In this document: positions 55,101-62,970 of the stretch, piece after piece
Layout of the letters: the number at the start of each line of letters is the position of its first letter
Position numbering within the stretch: the stretch's first letter is position 1
Assembly (NCBI GenBank): GCA_965214095.1
Contig: OZ243938.1
Coordinates: 4,544,001-4,608,000, forward strand
Origin: Candidatus Poribacteria bacterium
GTDB lineage: Bacteria; Poribacteria; WGA-4E; WGA-3G
DNA length: 64,000 bases
Reading direction: 5' to 3'
Position numbers and translations under genes: made by a program
The notes under the pieces: model-generated
The model's database searches: none
Told to the model about the DNA's origin: nothing
Seen by the model: only the letters and a program-made list of their open reading frames with translations

Positions 55101-56349
55101 AGTAAATATAATTCCAACTACCAATTGGGCAAATCGGGCAAATGCATATCGTTTAATCGCACAATATCTCAGTAAAAACGACACCACCGAAAACACAGAA
55201 AACTATATCATGACAAAATCTGGGTTCGTCCCTGAATCGCGGTGGATTACATTAGGACCCTTCAAAAGCATTGATTCAATTGGCACAGAATATGCCTATA
55301 TTCTTGAAGAAACGACCCAAATTGACCCAACAGCAGAATACTATGGAAGAGACGGACTTATCAGTTGGGAGAAGGCTGAATATCAACTATTAGATGGACA
55401 TTACAATTTTGTTCCCGAAAACGATGAGTGGAGTGCAGCGTATGTCTGGACTATTGTCTCCTCACCTAAGGAACAGGATATTGTTCTGCGTTTTGATAGT
55501 GATGACCAAGGCTTTATATGGTTGAACGGAGAAAAGGTCTATAGTCATTATAGGACAAGTGGTGTCATGATTGATCGTTATACAATTCCAGTTACATTGA
55601 GGAAGGGAGAGAATACTATCCTTATAAAGGTATGTAATTCAAGCATGGCTTGGGATTTTTATCTTCGTCTCACTGATGATGACGGTAATCCAATACAAGG
55701 TCTTACATATAAATCTACAGATGAACTACTCAACGCACAACCGCCAGAACAGACCAATCATGTTAATCAACACCTTGGATTAGCTGAATACTATCACAAA
55801 CAGAATATGCCAGAACAAGCATTAGAAGAAATGAGGCTAACAGGTATCATACATGAATACTCTTGGCACACACTCGGTCCATTTGATAATAAGGACAACA
55901 TTGGCTATAATACGGCTTACATTCAGGAAGACACCATGCAGATTGACTATGATGCAGAATATGAAGGACTAAATGGTCAAGTAAAATGGGTTCTGCATTC
56001 TGACGACGTGTTTGATGGATTTGTTGATTTCGGTAGGAATAATAATTCCTCTACTGCTTATGCTTGGGTGGTTGTTAACTCTCCTGATGAACGAGATGTC
56101 CAATTCCGATTTGGTTGTGATGACACAGGGAAAATTTGGCTCAATGGCAAAGAGATACTTACGAAACCAGAAATTGGATGGGCAGTCTTTGACAAACACC
56201 TAACGCAAACCAAGCTCAATCAAGGCAAAAACACGATACTCGTAAAGATTGGCAACGCTGAACTCAGTTGGGGATTCTTCCTCAGAATCACCGACACTGA
56301 TGGCAAACCATTTCCTGACTTAAATCTTATGGATTTGCCTGAAAAATAA
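46168..56349 (+). CDS. Giant secreted TPR protein with inserted LamG domain and two C-terminal beta-sandwich modules
   Basis: Signal peptide; dozens of TPR-like repeats; ALSLDGNGSYVEI...WTHL...GYIDEVRVWNVARS...GLIGYWKFD; twice W..LGPF...DD.G.IWLNG...G.N.IL.K. Confidence 0.9.
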   Translation: MFKRINISYFTCVLCLIFALSLIPIFSFAQQSANDESIIARYKQILLGKPKEGSTFDRLYQFYLEGDGLEAMLNEYQTEAQNEPNNPNLQLILGHLYKRLGKDTQAITSYQRAVELSPDNYYSHFALGKLYKTLRKHEEAIKELREAADLSEKVQDVPPDELTSIYQALGYSFFHRDRVDEAIQTWQKIAELDPMDIFARIELAELFREQELYQQAIAQHEDIIKLKKDDPYRVCLSHREIGNILEIKGDIQDAVKRYDTALEITAQGNWLRKDIQHRIIGIFASDSNWDGLINYYKEKLDDNPNDPELLSLIAAAYIENQQLDEGIKTYHKGLELAPTDTNLRLNLIASLRYAEKFDEAATEYETLNKQDPDNIGIYRELGELYHQLGDREKAEQVYQRLIDQSPDNPSTYLTLAEIYTGHEWIEEATSHYEKALSLVPNNLDYIEYFGDFYLRQGNREKALETWNRMVTEDKANAVNYDRLAKLLKTKHFKKESIAAIRKAAELMPEEYSYRETLAKYLTENEEYDKALVEYHVAMQLAPNQFFADKMNDRAIELYRRQGTLTEKIKEIETELENTALSETERFAHQKQLVKMYLKMGNISYAMEVLLQTKEMMPDDITINRWLANVYYRQGRRDAANYIYTNLIEIDSANAREYYTKIAKSHLNIFDFDSATDTAKQVIANSPRNPDGHQLLAQIAVQSENYDSAIDSLKNAIRLRPEEIKTRIELAKVYLLAEKPQHALAQYWRCWNLSDSVNDKLDLIKPLSEIYDDLGRPEELRTKLKKLARSNTTWVAAVLALSELQRMKGNIEGARFQLAQALNRQRDNPALLYHLVNITLEMDEIQEALTYQQQLVKVQPNSDNQQQLGKILFDLGREQEAIQVWTKLLHAKNQTLEAEVKLASLLLRNGLQEQAFIVLERAAEKISGTDAHLPLYQVGAMLVAIYEKERAIPYFHAILNMSENTDSLTQIAADQSATNTNIINHNYFTVSRSTISDIQSKPTTGTGRVRWRPKTLDDAKVGALVQLTTIAQQQAKVNDLVNKLQDAADANPTDVNAHVTLARLYNLLQYNDKTDEVVDKLIDITSNDTAYRYLRLQRVLNEELTPDKFKDRISELPSITSDDRLQFMAKYAESLFRKGDEDEANKLLSEIESEKSSNFDTVYAFVMAFIRAEKTDVAQKHLMRLAPPPPSQSLYNYEYLFKHLIKTYLDKGEPEKAIDTFWVFFEKTKPKSVNPRRISLLSQSSFTSGYSSLPTNFPPQSAYFNQDRLDFLEYNFREFWIHNQANGLYSKLQNVFDTTEGNNSLYPSLALSYCYWWDGKQQNAKDILVSLQNEFPDDLILKHNIAALYIQTGNVREAMNIVEKLTQVDASKQLQYYELMLELATQLGDMDKLRELIPKILNSSYSADVLYQFSNMLDDRGFTQQAITFALKAKSIVMKQRNTSLLTNLAYHLNSLGRAKDSQELYTRAMQFSNNSNRSGRAASSRNISQSANSYRTSQDRENNERKLVQDAQNKPDSFQAQIKLAVHYERLNQIDKATKAYESALALRPKDNNTRLQYVRMLEQNGKATDAISDYAILLKSNSSVLDYEHDIAIDAFVEAEKLDELISITNDIIMPVGQYAGSEFTVVVARRCLTENRTEDAIKLFEKIIKTHPSWTALHQELASIYVNAGHPETAIQFLTEKQKSDRSSLSDTGFIVKIAEIYLSSGNSEKAVNYLKDKINEQEQSKSTIPLVLKLADIYKNSVELHNLIDEYQAKLAENPTDTDLLYVITSMKLKTDDTEGVKDFVDQVTEKVNTSISTQWLYDLSDACRDKELPELQFRLLEAAVEKLENTNSWQLERGYQKLAEEHLKKGDIEKAQIATRKMGKLISMSDGWGRIYDKRKLATTYMQYQMWDDALTLYSEIINNLGASSYERSNSQEKYLDIKQRRGDLDVITDAEIKQLPISLQQDYADEFEYIGKIDKTIQIYNRIIKTTPEDFYTREQLADLYTRIGQHDKSQQIWTELLELDPGNTLYQDGLVQCLQSADKLNDAYELAQKYIQEEPEVGAHYLRLAGLYADENRIDDAIVNYEKVNELAPGNQSTYLNLANMYLRADNFVKAEDAFNNALQHTTSSYQRNDIEDQILNIYRYQGKLEEKFKDIEAKGMLTSDKQAQIARHLLNTGNTEKSVAAFKKAIDMTTDSYQKNRLSNELLEVYVENDQTELATQLYDKIALRADSRRSTSYGTTSITVSSNAKRARETLIRTYRNQNKLEKLKTIYEAKLKENPNKVDYLETLAEIHWDSEDYKKSAEVYQTLNKIQPYNLRNYFYAAAATKKSGHPVKAQEIIDKAETAFTSSPETDDIWILSHIASICLQNDMNDLALKYAQTALELNRSYGNSIVQETLWAMLGEIYKNKEQYEDAVNMYRQVVITTDYDYDRRNAESAILEITQQGKLYEKWIPKQLETVENRPDDINARLLLAENYELAKEFKNAVEQYEAIKELQPNNPKWYKKLAELCNNLPDERQETGEVIDGTALSLDGNGSYVEINDSEILNNMSDQLTVSVWYKCNEYPKDYSPIVTKTNTWDTEFKNRSYLLNLKNDGTIEFAASPNGESHVSLFPSNYIIQPNTWTHLTGVIDGKSNTIKLIVDGNEIARDGFKGVNQIFSSKLPLRIGWTQEIFSGHNYVNGYIDEVRVWNVARSTEDIRADMNKQLTGDEPGLIGYWKFDSQQDDKIFDSSPNKNHGTLIGDAKLEKYQRPIFESTRNDNLAKSKTYYERSLELEPASYQNYDRLAKFYLRTNDKANAETLYLQALEAPLSQSDYESAIQAISKLYAVEGQEQEHLAILEKFKHKMARSADFQDQLANLYRKIGEAEKAEDANEKWLKIRQGAANSRNYASSYRLFAEELLAKGIFPEIALMNAKLAVHDYTGTSYLYTTTLGKACIANGKVDEALRHFKQALGYITSNYSYNSFWNTVADTIEKVEDKEGYIQRLDELVNIIPTTNWANRANAYRLIAQYLSKNDTTENTENYIMTKSGFVPESRWITLGPFKSIDSIGTEYAYILEETTQIDPTAEYYGRDGLISWEKAEYQLLDGHYNFVPENDEWSAAYVWTIVSSPKEQDIVLRFDSDDQGFIWLNGEKVYSHYRTSGVMIDRYTIPVTLRKGENTILIKVCNSSMAWDFYLRLTDDDGNPIQGLTYKSTDELLNAQPPEQTNHVNQHLGLAEYYHKQNMPEQALEEMRLTGIIHEYSWHTLGPFDNKDNIGYNTAYIQEDTMQIDYDAEYEGLNGQVKWVLHSDDVFDGFVDFGRNNNSSTAYAWVVVNSPDERDVQFRFGCDDTGKIWLNGKEILTKPEIGWAVFDKHLTQTKLNQGKNTILVKIGNAELSWGFFLRITDTDGKPFPDLNLMDLPEK

Positions 56350-56368
56350 TACCGTTGGTCAGATTATT

Positions 56369-56753
56369 CTAAAAAGGTTGAGGGACTTCTTGTTGAAGTT
56401 CCACAAAGCGGTTATAATTCACTAAGTTCGGAAAAGTCCACTGCAAGTAGCACCGGACGTATTTTTCATAATAAGCTTTTAATGTTCGATAATCGCTTTG
56501 ATGAAAAGGATAAGGATCGTCATCACCTCACCAGGATGTAGAGTGCGCGGACGACCTCGCGTTTCAAGGGGGCGATCCGCTGGCAGTTGTTGAGATACTT
56601 TATATTTTTTATACACATTAAAAAAGTCGTTAATATTACAGAAAAGTGATATGATAAACATCAGAGAACTCCTTTTGTATTGGATAATGATTTCATTATA
56701 TCAAAAGGGTTCTCTAAATACCACAAACTCGGACTTTATTTCCGAACTTACGT
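56369..56753 (-). mobile_element. IS982-family remnant: one end plus truncated, frameshifted transposase
   Basis: End ACGTAAGTTCG at 56753; LFCNINDFF..EVMTILILF, then after a frameshift HQSDYRTLKAYY...FPNLVNYNRFVEL, stop at 56369. Confidence 0.8.
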
Positions 56754-56789
56754 TAAATAGTTACAATATTACCGAAATTGAGGCAAATA

Positions 56790-57914
56790 ATGGCACAGGC
56801 ATATACACCCGGACTGAAAGTCACTGAAGGGATGAAAATACAGAAAATACGTAGACTTCCGCTTGAAGGGGACGTGATTGTAGAATCTGGCATGAAGGTT
56901 AAGGCTGAAGATGTCGTTGCAAAGTCAGAATTACCTGGCAATGTTCAGTTGTTAAACCTTGCTAATCTCCTTAGTGTCCCTCCAGATGAGATTGAAGAAA
57001 ACTTACTCATACCTGTGGGTAATGGCGTATCCAAAGATGAGATCTTTGCATCAACAAAAGGACTATTCGGTCTTTTCAAATCGCAAGTGCGTTCACCAAT
57101 TGATGGCACTATTGAATCCATATCTGATGTCACGGGACAGGTAATCCTTCGTGAAGCACCAGTTCCTGTAGAAGTTAAAGCTTATGCTGATGGAATTGTA
57201 ATTGATACCGTACCAAATGAAGGTGTCATCGTTGAAACTTTTGGTACTTACATTCAAGGAATATTCGGCGTTGGTGGAGAAACAGTGGGTTCCTTAACAA
57301 TCGTGTCAGATAGTACAAGTGATAAACTTACTGCAGAACAGATTATACCCGAATACAAGGAACAAATACTTGTGGGTGGTTCACTTGTTTCAACCGATGC
57401 CATTCAGAAAGCAACAGAGATTGGCGTAAAAGGTATCATCGCAGGCGGCATTGATGATGCAGATTTACGTGAACTTCTCGGATATGAATTGGGTGTGGCA
57501 ATTACAGGTTCAGAACAACTTGGTATAACGCTGGTCATTACTGAAGGCTTTGGAAGCATATCTATGGCAGAACGCACTTTTAGTCTACTGAAGAAAAGAG
57601 AAGGTATGAAAACATCTATCAACGGTGCCACACAAATTCGTGCAGGTGTTGTCCGACCTGAAATACTCATACCTTTGGTATCTGAAGATGTAGACACAGA
57701 CAGTGAAGCACAGATGGGCATGTTGGAAATTGGCAGTCCAGTACGAGTTATTCGTGAACCACATTTTGGCAGATTGGGACACATATCTGAATTACCCGTT
57801 GAACTTCAGCAGTTGGAAACCGAAGCACATGTGCGCGTATTGCAGGTGGAATTTGATGGTGGTGAAAAGGTCACACTTCCCCGAGCAAACGTTGAAGCGA
57901 TAGAAGAAAGATAA
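56790..57914 (+). CDS. Conserved hypothetical protein with barrel-sandwich-like N-terminus and KOW-like C-terminus
   Basis: AYTPGLKV, RRLPL.G.V, SPIDGTIE.IS.VTGQ, IQGIFGVGGE, TEGFG, GATQIRAGVVRPE, VRVIREPHFG, PRANVE; I recall this family beside glutamate mutase L-like genes (unverified). Confidence 0.75.
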   Translation: MAQAYTPGLKVTEGMKIQKIRRLPLEGDVIVESGMKVKAEDVVAKSELPGNVQLLNLANLLSVPPDEIEENLLIPVGNGVSKDEIFASTKGLFGLFKSQVRSPIDGTIESISDVTGQVILREAPVPVEVKAYADGIVIDTVPNEGVIVETFGTYIQGIFGVGGETVGSLTIVSDSTSDKLTAEQIIPEYKEQILVGGSLVSTDAIQKATEIGVKGIIAGGIDDADLRELLGYELGVAITGSEQLGITLVITEGFGSISMAERTFSLLKKREGMKTSINGATQIRAGVVRPEILIPLVSEDVDTDSEAQMGMLEIGSPVRVIREPHFGRLGHISELPVELQQLETEAHVRVLQVEFDGGEKVTLPRANVEAIEER

Positions 57915-57959
57915 AATCGTTAGGCTCATTATGCACTAACCATTATCAAAAAGAATATA

Positions 57960-58517
57960 TCACTCAGTCGTTTCCTCTATCGCCATATTTATTACCACAC
58001 CTTTTACACTGACAGGCTCATTAGAGACGTGTATGATTTGTCCACCTGAAACATAGTGCTGATGATAAACTCCTTTCGTATCCCACCAATATAGATATGG
58101 GATAGATGATCCGTACGTACCATCATCCTGCACAACTTCATCTGTTACCATTTTGTCATGATCAACAGAGAAACCGGGTCGTCTATATTCACCGCTTGCC
58201 CCAACCACGATAGATGTAGGTGAAAGACGTTTTCCACTACTCGTCACCTTTCCTCGCACTGTGGAGTAGATAATCGTCTGTCCACTGTATGCAGAGATCA
58301 CGTATAGATGTTTGATACTGCCGACTTCGTTATCCATGATCAACCTATCACGAATATTCTGCTGTTCCACCGTGATACCTTCAGCATTTACTGGGACTTC
58401 TACCTGAGTAGGTTTAACACCAGAACTCGCAACAGGTTCACGTCTTTTTGTATCACATCCACTCATAACACATAAACCACATATTATCAGTGATAGTAAG
58501 AATGTATTCCATTTCAT
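57960..58517 (-). CDS. Hypothetical lipoprotein
   Basis: Start MKWN at 58517, lipobox MSGC, GKVTSSGKRL, DDGTYGSS. Confidence 0.75.
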   Translation of the reverse strand: MKWNTFLLSLIICGLCVMSGCDTKRREPVASSGVKPTQVEVPVNAEGITVEQQNIRDRLIMDNEVGSIKHLYVISAYSGQTIIYSTVRGKVTSSGKRLSPTSIVVGASGEYRRPGFSVDHDKMVTDEVVQDDGTYGSSIPYLYWWDTKGVYHQHYVSGGQIIHVSNEPVSVKGVVINMAIEETTE

Positions 58518-58524
58518 TTTAGAT

Positions 58525-58968
58525 TTATTCCTCCTGATAGGGTTTGAAATCACGTGGCAAAGGGGTTTCAGCACCTTTGGGTAACTCACCTACATTCGTG
58601 AATCGCCAGTTAATCTTTGACATTTGAGAGTTGTACTCTGCAGCAAGTGTATTGTAGCTTGCCTTAATGCCTGCCACTTCTGATTGCCAAAGGTTGTATT
58701 GCTCTCTATCTTCACGCGGCCATTTGTTCCGTGGCAAATCAACATAATCTTTCGACATTGTGGTAATACGTTTTTGGTATACTTTTATGTCCGCTTGTTT
58801 CTTATCAAGTTGACTTGATGCGTTTTTGAACCATTCATATTTTCGTAATAGTTCCTTGGGACCAAGTTCTTCTTGTGCTACTTGTTTTGATTCACGGAAC
58901 CAGTCGCATCCAGAAAGCAGGATGACTGTGAGAAGCACAACATAACTCAATTTAACAGATTTTTTCAT
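58525..58968 (-). CDS. Hypothetical lipoprotein, coiled-coil
   Basis: Lipobox LSGC, YEWFK, YN.LAAEYN. Confidence 0.78.
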   Translation of the reverse strand: MKKSVKLSYVVLLTVILLSGCDWFRESKQVAQEELGPKELLRKYEWFKNASSQLDKKQADIKVYQKRITTMSKDYVDLPRNKWPREDREQYNLWQSEVAGIKASYNTLAAEYNSQMSKINWRFTNVGELPKGAETPLPRDFKPYQEE

Positions 58969-59062
58969 TTCTTCTCTCCAATAGTTTTATCATTATAGTG
59001 TTACCTAAGTAAGAGACATCACTCTCAAAAAAGATAGAAAAATTCTGCTCAACTTTTCATTT

Positions 59063-59350
59063 TCAATTTGCTAAGGAATCAGCATGTTCTGCGAATTGAA
59101 AGTCCAATTCTGTGATTCCATCAGCATCATGTGTACTCATGTCAATTGTCACACGATTATATACATTGAACCATTCTGGGTGGTGGTTCATAGATTCAGC
59201 AATTAGAGCGAGTTGTGTCATAAATCCGAATGCTGAAACGAAGTTGTCAAACTGAAACTGTTTGTGCAGTTTACCCTCTTCAACTGTCCATCCATCAAGG
59301 TTGTCCAAGTTTTTCTGAATTTCTACTTCTGAAAGTTTAGTGCGAGCCAT
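59063..59350 (-). CDS. phhB: Pterin-4a-carbinolamine dehydratase
   Basis: AESMNHHPEWFNVYNRV, STHD..GITELD. Confidence 0.93.
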   Translation of the reverse strand: MARTKLSEVEIQKNLDNLDGWTVEEGKLHKQFQFDNFVSAFGFMTQLALIAESMNHHPEWFNVYNRVTIDMSTHDADGITELDFQFAEHADSLAN

Positions 59351-59469
59351 TTTATCCTCCGTTAGTAAAATAAATTTTGTGGAATATTACATCAAATTAC
59401 GTTAAAATTGTAGTTGAAACAGTAGATATAATCAAGAAAAAACATTACACTTCAACTAAGGAGACTTTA

Positions 59470-60696
59470 ATGGCACTTGCGACAACACTATATTTTCCAG
59501 AGGTTGGACCTCAATGGGAAGACTGGGTACAGGTTATCAATGTAGGTAATGAACAAGCACGCGTTACAGGCATAGCAAGGCACGCAGGGAACGGTCAACC
59601 CACTTGGACAGAGGAGCGTGAGATTGGTCCATTTGAATGTTGGACACCAAACGTCGAAGCGATAAAAGAGAATTCCTCTATGCAACTCACATCGGATCAA
59701 CCGATTGTAGCTGAACGGCACATGCACAACAAGACAAATGTACTTGATTTTGTAGGTGCTGCAGAAGAATACGAAACTGTGGGACTACGATTGTTTTTTC
59801 CTGAATTAGTTGCTGGAGCACTCGATTGGTTCAGATTTCTGAATGTAGGTGAAGCGGATGCATTGGTCAACATCATCATCCGTAATCGGCGTGGGGATAT
59901 TGTAAATCAGCGTCACCGCTCAATCAAACCGTATTGCTGTTGGGATTTAGCGGAAGGATTGATGGGAAATGTGAATGGCACAGTTGAGGTACAGAGTTCA
60001 CAACCAATCGTTGGAGAACGGCACCTACACTATCAGGGCGGCAAAACATGTGTTGGACAGTATGGTCAAGTCATCTCTGATGCACCACGAACCCTCTATT
60101 TTCCAGAAGTAGGACCTGCGTGGCAAGATTGGTCAATCATTGTGAATGTGGGTAGAGAGACAGGAAAGGTTACATTAATTGCACATGAAGATGGCACTGG
60201 CAATCCGGTTGCTACAATGGAACGAGACTTGAATCCATTTGAATGTTGGATGCCGAAGATGGAGGACATTAAAATCAAGTCGTCTATCATGATACGTTGT
60301 GATCAACCGATTGTTGCTGAACGCCACATGCATAGCGGCACTGCGGTCATTGACCTACCGGGTGCGTCAGAAGAAGGCGGACATGTTGGAATAAGGTTGT
60401 TTTTCCCTGAAATTGCAAGTGGTGCAAAAGACTGGTTTCGTTTTCTAAATGTTGGTGAAGCAGATGCGTTAGTCAATATCATTGTCCGGAACAAGAAAGG
60501 TGAAGTTAAACGTAGTCTCCATCGTAGGATAAAACCGAGATGTTGTGCGGATGTAGATGAAGGCGCGATGGGTAATGTGCGTGGTTCGGTTGAAGCACAA
60601 AGTTCACAACCAATAGTTGGGGAAAGACATCTCCATTATCAATCAGGTCATAAAGGAGCAGTCGTTGGTGAATACGGAGTTGTAATAGGTGAATAA
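59470..60696 (+). CDS. Hypothetical protein of four ~100-aa repeats (ABAB)
   Basis: L[YF]FPE...W...NVG...QPIV[AG]ERH[ML]H four times; GGAG before ATG 59470. Confidence 0.85.
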   Translation: MALATTLYFPEVGPQWEDWVQVINVGNEQARVTGIARHAGNGQPTWTEEREIGPFECWTPNVEAIKENSSMQLTSDQPIVAERHMHNKTNVLDFVGAAEEYETVGLRLFFPELVAGALDWFRFLNVGEADALVNIIIRNRRGDIVNQRHRSIKPYCCWDLAEGLMGNVNGTVEVQSSQPIVGERHLHYQGGKTCVGQYGQVISDAPRTLYFPEVGPAWQDWSIIVNVGRETGKVTLIAHEDGTGNPVATMERDLNPFECWMPKMEDIKIKSSIMIRCDQPIVAERHMHSGTAVIDLPGASEEGGHVGIRLFFPEIASGAKDWFRFLNVGEADALVNIIVRNKKGEVKRSLHRRIKPRCCADVDEGAMGNVRGSVEAQSSQPIVGERHLHYQSGHKGAVVGEYGVVIGE

Positions 60697-60699
60697 ACG

Positions 60700-61446
60700 A
60701 TGGATTTAACAGGTAAAAAAGCTATAGTTACGGGTGCAGGACAAGGAATCGGGAAAGCGATTGCACTTAGGCTTGCCAATGCTGGTGCGGATGTTGCTAT
60801 TCTGGATTTGAACCTATCTTCTGCTGAGGAAGTTGCAGAAGAGATAGAAGCACATGGTAGACAAGCAATTCCGATTCCAACAGATGTTTCTTATGCTGAT
60901 GATGTTAATGCTTCTGTAGACAAAGTGCTTACTGAATTTGGATGTGTAGATATTCTCGTGAACAATGCCGGCATTGCTGGGAGAACTTTGCCTTTGACAG
61001 ATTTGGAAGAATCGGATTGGAATTCTGTCATTGGTGTAAATCTCACAGGTGTATTTCTGTGCTGTAAAGCGGTTATAGGTCCAATGATTGAGCAGGATTA
61101 TGGTAGGATTGTGAACATTGCATCCATTGCTGGTAAGGAAGGCAATCCGACACTAATACCGTATTCAGTATCAAAAGCAGGTGTTATCTGCTTGACAAAG
61201 GCATTGGCTAAAGAGGTCACAGACTATAATATCCGTGTGAATGCAGTATCTCCTGCAGTTATTGAAACGCCAATTATGGATGGCATGGCACAGTCAACGA
61301 TTGACTATATGATCAACAAGATTCCGTTGGGTCGCATTGGAAAACCTGAAGAAGTTGCAGCAGTTGTCAACTTCTTGGCATCCGATGAAGTAAGTTTTGT
61401 GACTGGACAATGTTATGACGTAAGCGGTGGACGGGCTACTTATTAG
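60700..61446 (+). CDS. Short-chain dehydrogenase/reductase
   Basis: TGAGQGIG, NNAG, YSVSK, DVSGGRATY. Confidence 0.93.
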   Translation: MDLTGKKAIVTGAGQGIGKAIALRLANAGADVAILDLNLSSAEEVAEEIEAHGRQAIPIPTDVSYADDVNASVDKVLTEFGCVDILVNNAGIAGRTLPLTDLEESDWNSVIGVNLTGVFLCCKAVIGPMIEQDYGRIVNIASIAGKEGNPTLIPYSVSKAGVICLTKALAKEVTDYNIRVNAVSPAVIETPIMDGMAQSTIDYMINKIPLGRIGKPEEVAAVVNFLASDEVSFVTGQCYDVSGGRATY

Positions 61447-61470
61447 GTTTACTTATGCGATCAAAGTGAT

Positions 61471-61493
61471 AAGGCGGGTTCAAAACCCGCCTT
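61471..61493. terminator. REP-type hairpin between convergent genes
   Basis: AAGGCGGGTT-caa-AACCCGCCTT. Confidence 0.55.
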
Positions 61494-61514
61494 TACAGAT
61501 TTAACAACAATTGA

Positions 61515-62933
61515 TTACTCAGCGATGCAATAGAGATATTGTGTTCCACGCAGGAATAACTCTGACCCGACGAAAACAGGTGATGCGTTAAAACTATCAT
61601 CCAATTTGTTTTCTGCTAATACTTCATACTCAGGTCCATCTTTAATGACTGTTACCGTGCCGTTTCGACTTGCAACATAGACACGTTCGGCTGCCCCAGC
61701 AATGGACGAATAAACCCCACCAATACCTGCTACCCTTTCAGGTCCGTAATGTATTGATCCAGTGTTTCTATCAATTGCTGAAAGAATACCATTGTTTCCC
61801 TTTAGGAAGTAGATAATATCTCCACTCAACATAGGTGATGGTACATACGGAGTATCACGGTTATATTCCCACACGACTGCATCTGTACCAGTAATATCCC
61901 CATCAGCGATATCAAGGTTTATCGCTTGCAAGGAGCTGCCACGAAATCCGCTAATGACATAGGCATGTCCATCAGTATATACAGGAGAAGGTATTACGTT
62001 GCGTGTCATACCACCACATTCCCATAACACATCACCATTTGCCAAGTTATAGCTCCGTGTACGGTTTGTTGCAGGTACGATAATCTGTGATGTTCCATTG
62101 TGTTCAACGACAATGGGTGATGTCCATGTTGTACGTTCATCTCGTTCCATTTTCCATATTTCGTCTCCAGTTCGCTTGTCAAGTGCGACAATAGAGGATT
62201 GACCTTCTTGATCTTGCAAAATCACAATTTTGTCTTCATGGATAATTGGACAACTCCCTTCACCAAAAGTACCAGCTTTACGCATATCACCAAGGTCTTT
62301 TTCCCAAATAAGATCTCCTGTCAAATCCAAGCAGTATAATCCACGCGAACCAAAATATGCATAGATGTGTTCACCATCGGTTACAGGTGAGTTTGAAGCA
62401 TAACTTGAGTCATTATGCATGCCTTCATGTGGTACTTCCTCTCTTAGCGTTTTTTCCCATAGAATACTGCCATCACTGCGGTTGTAAGTAATGAGTCTGA
62501 ACTGATATGGGTCAATATTTCGGTTGCCTCCACGGTCACGATTACCTTGTTCTTGCGGAAAAAAACCACTGAATGGATTTTCATCCACCGATTCAGCTTC
62601 ATTGGTGTTTTCAGTTTCTTCTTCCTCGGTTTTCTCAACCTTAATTGCTGTTTGAATAAATATTTTATCTTCCCAGATTATTGGTGTTGCATGTCCAAGA
62701 CCGGGGATAGGCACTTTCCAACGGATATTTTCTGATTCGCTCCAAGTGACTGGAGGATTGGCATTGACAGCAGTACCGTTTGCAAGTGGTCCACGCCAAT
62801 GATGCCAATTGTTATATATATTGGAATTCTGGTCTGTCTTAGCCGCATGTTGATCTGCTATTGTTTGTAAAGTCAGCAAGGCAAGTATTGCCAAGACAGA
62901 AACACTTATTGTCAAGAATGTTGTTTTTTTCAT
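61515..62933 (-). CDS. Secreted PQQ-binding-like beta-propeller protein
   Basis: WHHWRGP, P..WSESENIRWK..IPG.GHATP, ASNSPVTDG, TPYVPSP, ASP. Confidence 0.9.
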   Translation of the reverse strand: MKKTTFLTISVSVLAILALLTLQTIADQHAAKTDQNSNIYNNWHHWRGPLANGTAVNANPPVTWSESENIRWKVPIPGLGHATPIIWEDKIFIQTAIKVEKTEEEETENTNEAESVDENPFSGFFPQEQGNRDRGGNRNIDPYQFRLITYNRSDGSILWEKTLREEVPHEGMHNDSSYASNSPVTDGEHIYAYFGSRGLYCLDLTGDLIWEKDLGDMRKAGTFGEGSCPIIHEDKIVILQDQEGQSSIVALDKRTGDEIWKMERDERTTWTSPIVVEHNGTSQIIVPATNRTRSYNLANGDVLWECGGMTRNVIPSPVYTDGHAYVISGFRGSSLQAINLDIADGDITGTDAVVWEYNRDTPYVPSPMLSGDIIYFLKGNNGILSAIDRNTGSIHYGPERVAGIGGVYSSIAGAAERVYVASRNGTVTVIKDGPEYEVLAENKLDDSFNASPVFVGSELFLRGTQYLYCIAE

Positions 62934-62970
62934 GATATAAAGTCCTTTCATAGATAACAGTTAAATGTGT

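Noticed and set aside
56421-56753. Apparent TIR pair (TAAGTTCGGAAA / TTTCCGAACTTA) suggesting a MITE
   Set aside because: The left match is transposase coding sequence (FPNLV), and homology continues past it to about 56370.
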